Source: Chloroflexota bacterium
GTDB taxonomy: Bacteria; Chloroflexota; UBA11872; VXOZ01
Assembly (NCBI GenBank): GCA_965221905.1
Contig: OZ244922.1
Span: 640,001-704,000 of the forward strand
Direction of reading: 5' to 3'
Length of the DNA: 64,000 bases
The position numbers and the translations under genes were made by a program. Position 1 is the first letter of the stretch. Each line of letters begins with the position of its first letter. Under the pieces are notes generated by a model. It had not been told where the DNA came from and ran no database searches. It was given only the letters and a program-made list of their open reading frames with translations. Shown here one piece after another: positions 60,417-64,000 of the stretch.

Positions 60417-61544
60417 CTAGCCCGGCCCGTCCGACGTACTGGTCCGCTTACTGCAGGCGGCGTAGACTGCTACGGTCTTTGCTACCATGGCGGCCGCACT
60501 GAAGTGCGCGTGTACACGAGCATGCCCGGCTTTACCCATCTGCCGAGCCCGCGCGGGGTCTCGGATAAGCTCCAGCAACGCGCCGGCCAAGGCGGCGGGA
60601 TCGTCGGGCGGGACGAGTAGCCCGGTTACGTTGTCTTCCACCACCTCGGGAATCGCGCTCACGCGTGTTGCCACGACCGGCTTTGCCGCAGCCATGGCTT
60701 CCAAGAAGACCAGGCCGAATCCCTCCCAACGCGAGGCGAGCACAAAGCCGTCGGCTTGGGCGAGAAGGCGGTCGACATCGTGGCGGACGCCAAGAAACCT
60801 GACGTTTTCCGTGACTCCGAGCTCCGCGCTTAGGCTATGCAACGACGAGCGATAGTCTTCTCCACCGTGTTGGGTATCGCCCGCAATCCACAGGGTAAAT
60901 CGGGGTTCCTCCTGCAGTACGCGGGCCGCGGCGTGAAGCAGGGCTTCATGACCCTTTTGGGGATCGAGCCGTCCGATGCTGATGAAATGTGGCTTGGACT
61001 CTGCCTCAATAGAGTCTTGTAGATCTGGAGGTGCATTCTGGGGCCAGACAATGCCATAAGGGATATGCACGATGCTCGTGGCGGGCACGCGGCCGTGAGC
61101 GCGCATGAATGTTCCGACGTGCTCCGAAATGACGACAATGCGGGAGTTTAGACGTGAGATCAGGCCGTGGACAACGCCAATTGCCGGATTCAGGAGCACA
61201 CGTTCGTCATTGTGCTTGGTACTGACAACAGGTACAGAAGCAAGCATGCCCGCCACTGCTCCCATGGCATCAGCCTTGAGGAGGTGAGTGTGGATAATCG
61301 CAAAGTTGCCCTCTTTGATGATGCGCAGCAGTTGCCAGAGGGCATGCGGTAGAGACGCTTTACCTAGCGGCACCTGGCGCACAGTCCCCACGAGTGGCGC
61401 GAGTTCCGGCCGCATCGCAGGGTCTTTGAAGAAGACGACGTCGCTTTCCCAGCCGTGCGCCGCGAGGCCCGTAACCAGGGTTTTCAGGTGATTCTGTGTG
61501 CCTCCAACCGCAAGCGAAGTGACAATGTGAAGAACCTTAGGCAT
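60417..61544 (-). CDS. GT4 family glycosyltransferase
   Basis: GRLDPQKG and SRWEGFGLVFLEAMA motifs. The ATG at 61544 has a TACAAT box 7 nt upstream, suggesting a leaderless mRNA. Confidence 0.92.
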   Translation of the reverse strand: MPKVLHIVTSLAVGGTQNHLKTLVTGLAAHGWESDVVFFKDPAMRPELAPLVGTVRQVPLGKASLPHALWQLLRIIKEGNFAIIHTHLLKADAMGAVAGMLASVPVVSTKHNDERVLLNPAIGVVHGLISRLNSRIVVISEHVGTFMRAHGRVPATSIVHIPYGIVWPQNAPPDLQDSIEAESKPHFISIGRLDPQKGHEALLHAAARVLQEEPRFTLWIAGDTQHGGEDYRSSLHSLSAELGVTENVRFLGVRHDVDRLLAQADGFVLASRWEGFGLVFLEAMAAAKPVVATRVSAIPEVVEDNVTGLLVPPDDPAALAGALLELIRDPARARQMGKAGHARVHAHFSAAAMVAKTVAVYAACSKRTSTSDGPG

Positions 61545-61698
61545 AGGCTGTATTGTAGCGTTAAGCGCCGGAGATGGGCCGTCTGTATGGCCACACCTCG
61601 CTGTCCGCAAGGACTTGAAAGAATTCCGCTTTCCGCCAGCAGGTTGCAACGCCCATGGGTGCTCGCCCTGAGAAGCGGCGACTGTGCGAGTCTTGGAT

Positions 61699-61736
61699 TA
61701 AAACCGACACCGGCCCTTGGGGGAAAGGGCCGGTGT
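61699..61736 (-). terminator. Intrinsic terminator closing the riboswitch-downstream transcript
   Basis: 12-bp stem ACACCGGCCCTT/AAGGGCCGGTGT followed on the minus strand by CGGTTTTAA. Confidence 0.75.
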
Positions 61737-61905
61737 GGGGTGGTGCGAACAGGAGGAGTATTCAGGAAGAAAGCAGAATCAACAATCCGAGTTGCTGAGA
61801 ATTAATGGGAATCCGTAGATGCCGCCATACGTTAGTTCATAGGCAAACAGGCGGCGTGGAAGTGCCGCAATAAGACGGGAAGAAGTGGGAATGCGGTCTG
61901 TTAAC
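61700..61905 (-). ncRNA. Candidate small RNA downstream of the c-di-AMP riboswitch
   Basis: No credible ORF; GCCGCC/GGCGGC stem; pyrimidine-rich UUUCUUCCUGAAUACUCCUCCUG tract immediately before the terminator. Confidence 0.55.
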
Positions 61906-61944
61906 AAAAAAAGAGCTTCCTTGGCTTTACCAGCCAAAAGCTCT
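61906..61944 (-). terminator. Riboswitch expression-platform terminator
   Basis: Minus strand reads AGAGCUUUUGGCU-GGUAA-AGCCAAGGAAGCUC followed by a U7 run. Confidence 0.8.
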
Positions 61945-62062
61945 CTCTATCGCCTACGAGGTTAGCTGTCGGGTTAGGGTGGAAAGAGTCACCCTCCGCA
62001 CGACGGCGGTTCACCCCAAAAGTGCCGGGTCCCCCGCTCCGATATCGGACTTGGCGCATTTC
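61945..62062 (-). promoter_or_regulatory. c-di-AMP (ydaO/yuaA) riboswitch aptamer
   Basis: Minus strand reads CGCCAAGUCCGAUAUCGGAGCGGGGGACCC...UUUUGGGGUGAA...AGGGUGACUCUUUCCACCCUAACCCGACAGCUAACCUCGUAGGCG, which carries the ydaO hallmark segments. Confidence 0.92.
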
Positions 62063-62074
62063 TTCAGTAACTAC

Positions 62075-62103
62075 AGGATACCATCGTTTTCGCATGAATG
62101 CAA
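62075..62103 (-). promoter_or_regulatory. Sigma70-type promoter driving the riboswitch
   Basis: TTGCAT-N17-TATCCT with an extended -10 TG; predicted start near 62068, just before the aptamer. Confidence 0.7.
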
Positions 62104-62221
62104 GGGCGAAATAGCGTAGTCGAGCCCAATAATTCAGATTTAATTCGCTTCGTAACGGTATCCAAGGCAAGAACGTGGGAATCTGCGTGCCGGTCGGGAC
62201 CCATCCGGTTCCGAAATGAGG

Positions 62222-63796
62222 CTAGCTGTCAAGATAGACCTGGCTTAGCCATGGTCGGGCGGTGGCTGAGAGTTGAACATCCCCCAGCCAAGGCTTGACG
62301 AGCAAGTAAGACTTGCTGTGCCACAAGGGGGTGACCGGTGCATCTGTTGCCACACGCTGCTCGATAGTAGAAATAGTTGCCAGTCGCCGGTCCCTGTTGC
62401 GCTCGCCACGTGCTTCCAGCAGGAGCGAGTCCACTTCTTGGCTGACGTAGCCGCTATAGTTCGACAAGCTGTTTGAACGGAAGAGCGGATCAAGCACAGC
62501 TATCGGGTCCGGAAAGTCGGCATGCCATGTGAAGAGAAAGAGCTGGTATGGATTATCTCGCCTGTCAAGATTGCTGACAAAGGTAGTCCAGGGCTCGCGC
62601 TGGATCCGAATGCGCGCGCCGAGATGTTGTTGAAACATGTTGGTCAGCGCTAAGACCTGCGGCGGCGCGGGACCGCGCGTGCCCGGCACGGTAAACGTAA
62701 TCTCCGGCAAATTGCCTACGTCGCCGTATCGAGAGTCAGCCAGGGCTTGTCGTGCCTTGGAGACATCGAAAGCTGCCGATGAACTCTCGCCGGATTGCGC
62801 CAGTGAAGGCAGGAGCAGCGAGTCGGCCTTGCCCACGGTTAGAGAGAATATCTGCTCGACGATGGCGGCACGATCGATAGCCATGGCGAAGGCTTGGCGC
62901 ACCCTCTCGTCATCGAAAGGCGGGATGCGGTTGTTCATAGCAAGATACGTCATGTCGAGGCCGTCGTAGACATTCAGGTCCTTATTCAGCGGATTGTTCC
63001 TATCGAGAACCAGCGGTATGTCGTTTGCGCCTACATAGAGAATGTCAAGCGTATCTTGCGCATACCGATCGAGCGAATCCGCATCGACGCCACCAGTGAT
63101 TTCTATGCGATCGAGCATCGGTTCGAAGCCATAGAAGTCTTCATTTCGGGCGAGGGTGAGCACTTTGCCGGGGACCCAGTCGACTACGGCAAATGGGCCG
63201 CTGCCCACCGGCGGAGCTGCTCCCACGATCCCTCCAGGTGGCTGGACATAGGTTAGGGGATGGGTCAGTCTTACCGCAAATGCAAGATCGGTTTCAGAAA
63301 GCTCGACCTCAAGGCTACGTGCATCGGTGGCGCGGATGCCGCTGATGTCTCTCGTTAGTCCGTTGCGGTAGGGGGATACGCCTGATATCTTGCCGAGAAG
63401 CCGGAGCGCCGCCGGCGATTCGATCTGTGGGTCGAGCACACGCTGCCACGTCTCCTTGAGGATTTCTGCCGTGAGCTTCTCTCCGTCATGAAAGCGAACG
63501 TCCGACCGCAAGGGAAATTGGTAGGTTCGACCGTCCGGAGAGATTGACCAACGCTGCGCTATGTCTGGAATTGGCTCGCCTTCAGCATTGAGCGTTACGA
63601 GACCGCTGTACATGTTCACGGCCAACTGCGCGTCCAGGTCGTTCTGCAGTGCCGACGGGTCGAGATCGTCAGGCAACGGCATTTGAATTCGCACAGTCCC
63701 GCCGGACCGATCGTCGCCGCAGGCCGCGAGCAACGGCATCAGCATTCCCATGAGAACGCCTGAAAATGCGCCTGCAAATAGGGTGCGGCGTTGCAC
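62222..63796 (-). CDS. Peptide/nickel ABC transporter substrate-binding lipoprotein (family 5)
   Basis: RR-containing signal and lipobox LAAC; W.ISPDGRTY.F.LR.DVRFHDG, PVGSGPF, PPFDDERVRQAF and W.ADFPDP motifs. Confidence 0.93.
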   Translation of the reverse strand: MQRRTLFAGAFSGVLMGMLMPLLAACGDDRSGGTVRIQMPLPDDLDPSALQNDLDAQLAVNMYSGLVTLNAEGEPIPDIAQRWSISPDGRTYQFPLRSDVRFHDGEKLTAEILKETWQRVLDPQIESPAALRLLGKISGVSPYRNGLTRDISGIRATDARSLEVELSETDLAFAVRLTHPLTYVQPPGGIVGAAPPVGSGPFAVVDWVPGKVLTLARNEDFYGFEPMLDRIEITGGVDADSLDRYAQDTLDILYVGANDIPLVLDRNNPLNKDLNVYDGLDMTYLAMNNRIPPFDDERVRQAFAMAIDRAAIVEQIFSLTVGKADSLLLPSLAQSGESSSAAFDVSKARQALADSRYGDVGNLPEITFTVPGTRGPAPPQVLALTNMFQQHLGARIRIQREPWTTFVSNLDRRDNPYQLFLFTWHADFPDPIAVLDPLFRSNSLSNYSGYVSQEVDSLLLEARGERNRDRRLATISTIEQRVATDAPVTPLWHSKSYLLVKPWLGDVQLSATARPWLSQVYLDS

Positions 63797-64000
63797 TAGT
63801 CGCTACTCCCCGTGCGTGTGTGCGTGGCCCGCCAAAACTCAGCTTGGCAGAAAGGCGCCAAAGGCGGCTCTCTTTCAGGGTGCATGCTTGTATGCGGCCA
63901 ACTGCTTTGCATGGTGTTTTCCCACTGAGAAGACGAGAACCTTCGTGTCACTCTCCTGCAAGAATGCCGTACCACACTTAAGACGAGATGAGACGAGGCG

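Noticed and set aside
61751-61758. AGGAGGAG as a plus-strand RBS
   Set aside because: No start codon follows at a usable distance, so it is better read as an anti-SD tract on the minus-strand RNA.
61901-62170. 89 aa minus-strand ORF
   Set aside because: It runs across the promoter, aptamer and terminator, which explain the sequence better.

Overview
This is a GC-rich bacterial chromosomal window. Gene content and repeat style suggest Chloroflexota, possibly a sponge- or marine-associated lineage, but that is inference only. Core genes are mrp/apbC, ispE, tRNA-Val(CAC), rplI-dnaB and ybeY. Transport functions include a Liv-type ABC system with two binding proteins, an ABC-2 exporter, an NCS2 permease, a SulP transporter, a TrkA-type K+ channel and a peptide-binding protein. 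There are many catabolic enzymes and a glycosyltransferase/priming-transferase cluster. Several small defence or toxin-antitoxin-like cassettes are interspersed: an uncharacterised 246 aa + 970 aa pair, AAA + DUF4276, two MNT/HEPN pairs, Fic and an orphan HigA. Three REP-like repeat families and one MITE are present. The top finding is a complete minus-strand unit at about 61700-62103 (promoter, c-di-AMP ydaO riboswitch, terminator, about 200 nt with no credible ORF carrying a CUCCUCCU anti-SD tract, then a second terminator), which looks like a riboswitch-gated small RNA. Other highlights are a lipoprotein alpha-2-macroglobulin with an animal-type GCGEQ thioester, a TIMP-like protein, a REP element embedded in-frame in ybeY, a sulfatase-fold enzyme with Thr at the nucleophile position and a permease fused to a degenerate anti-sigma kinase domain. 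All calls come from reading motifs by eye; no database searches were run.
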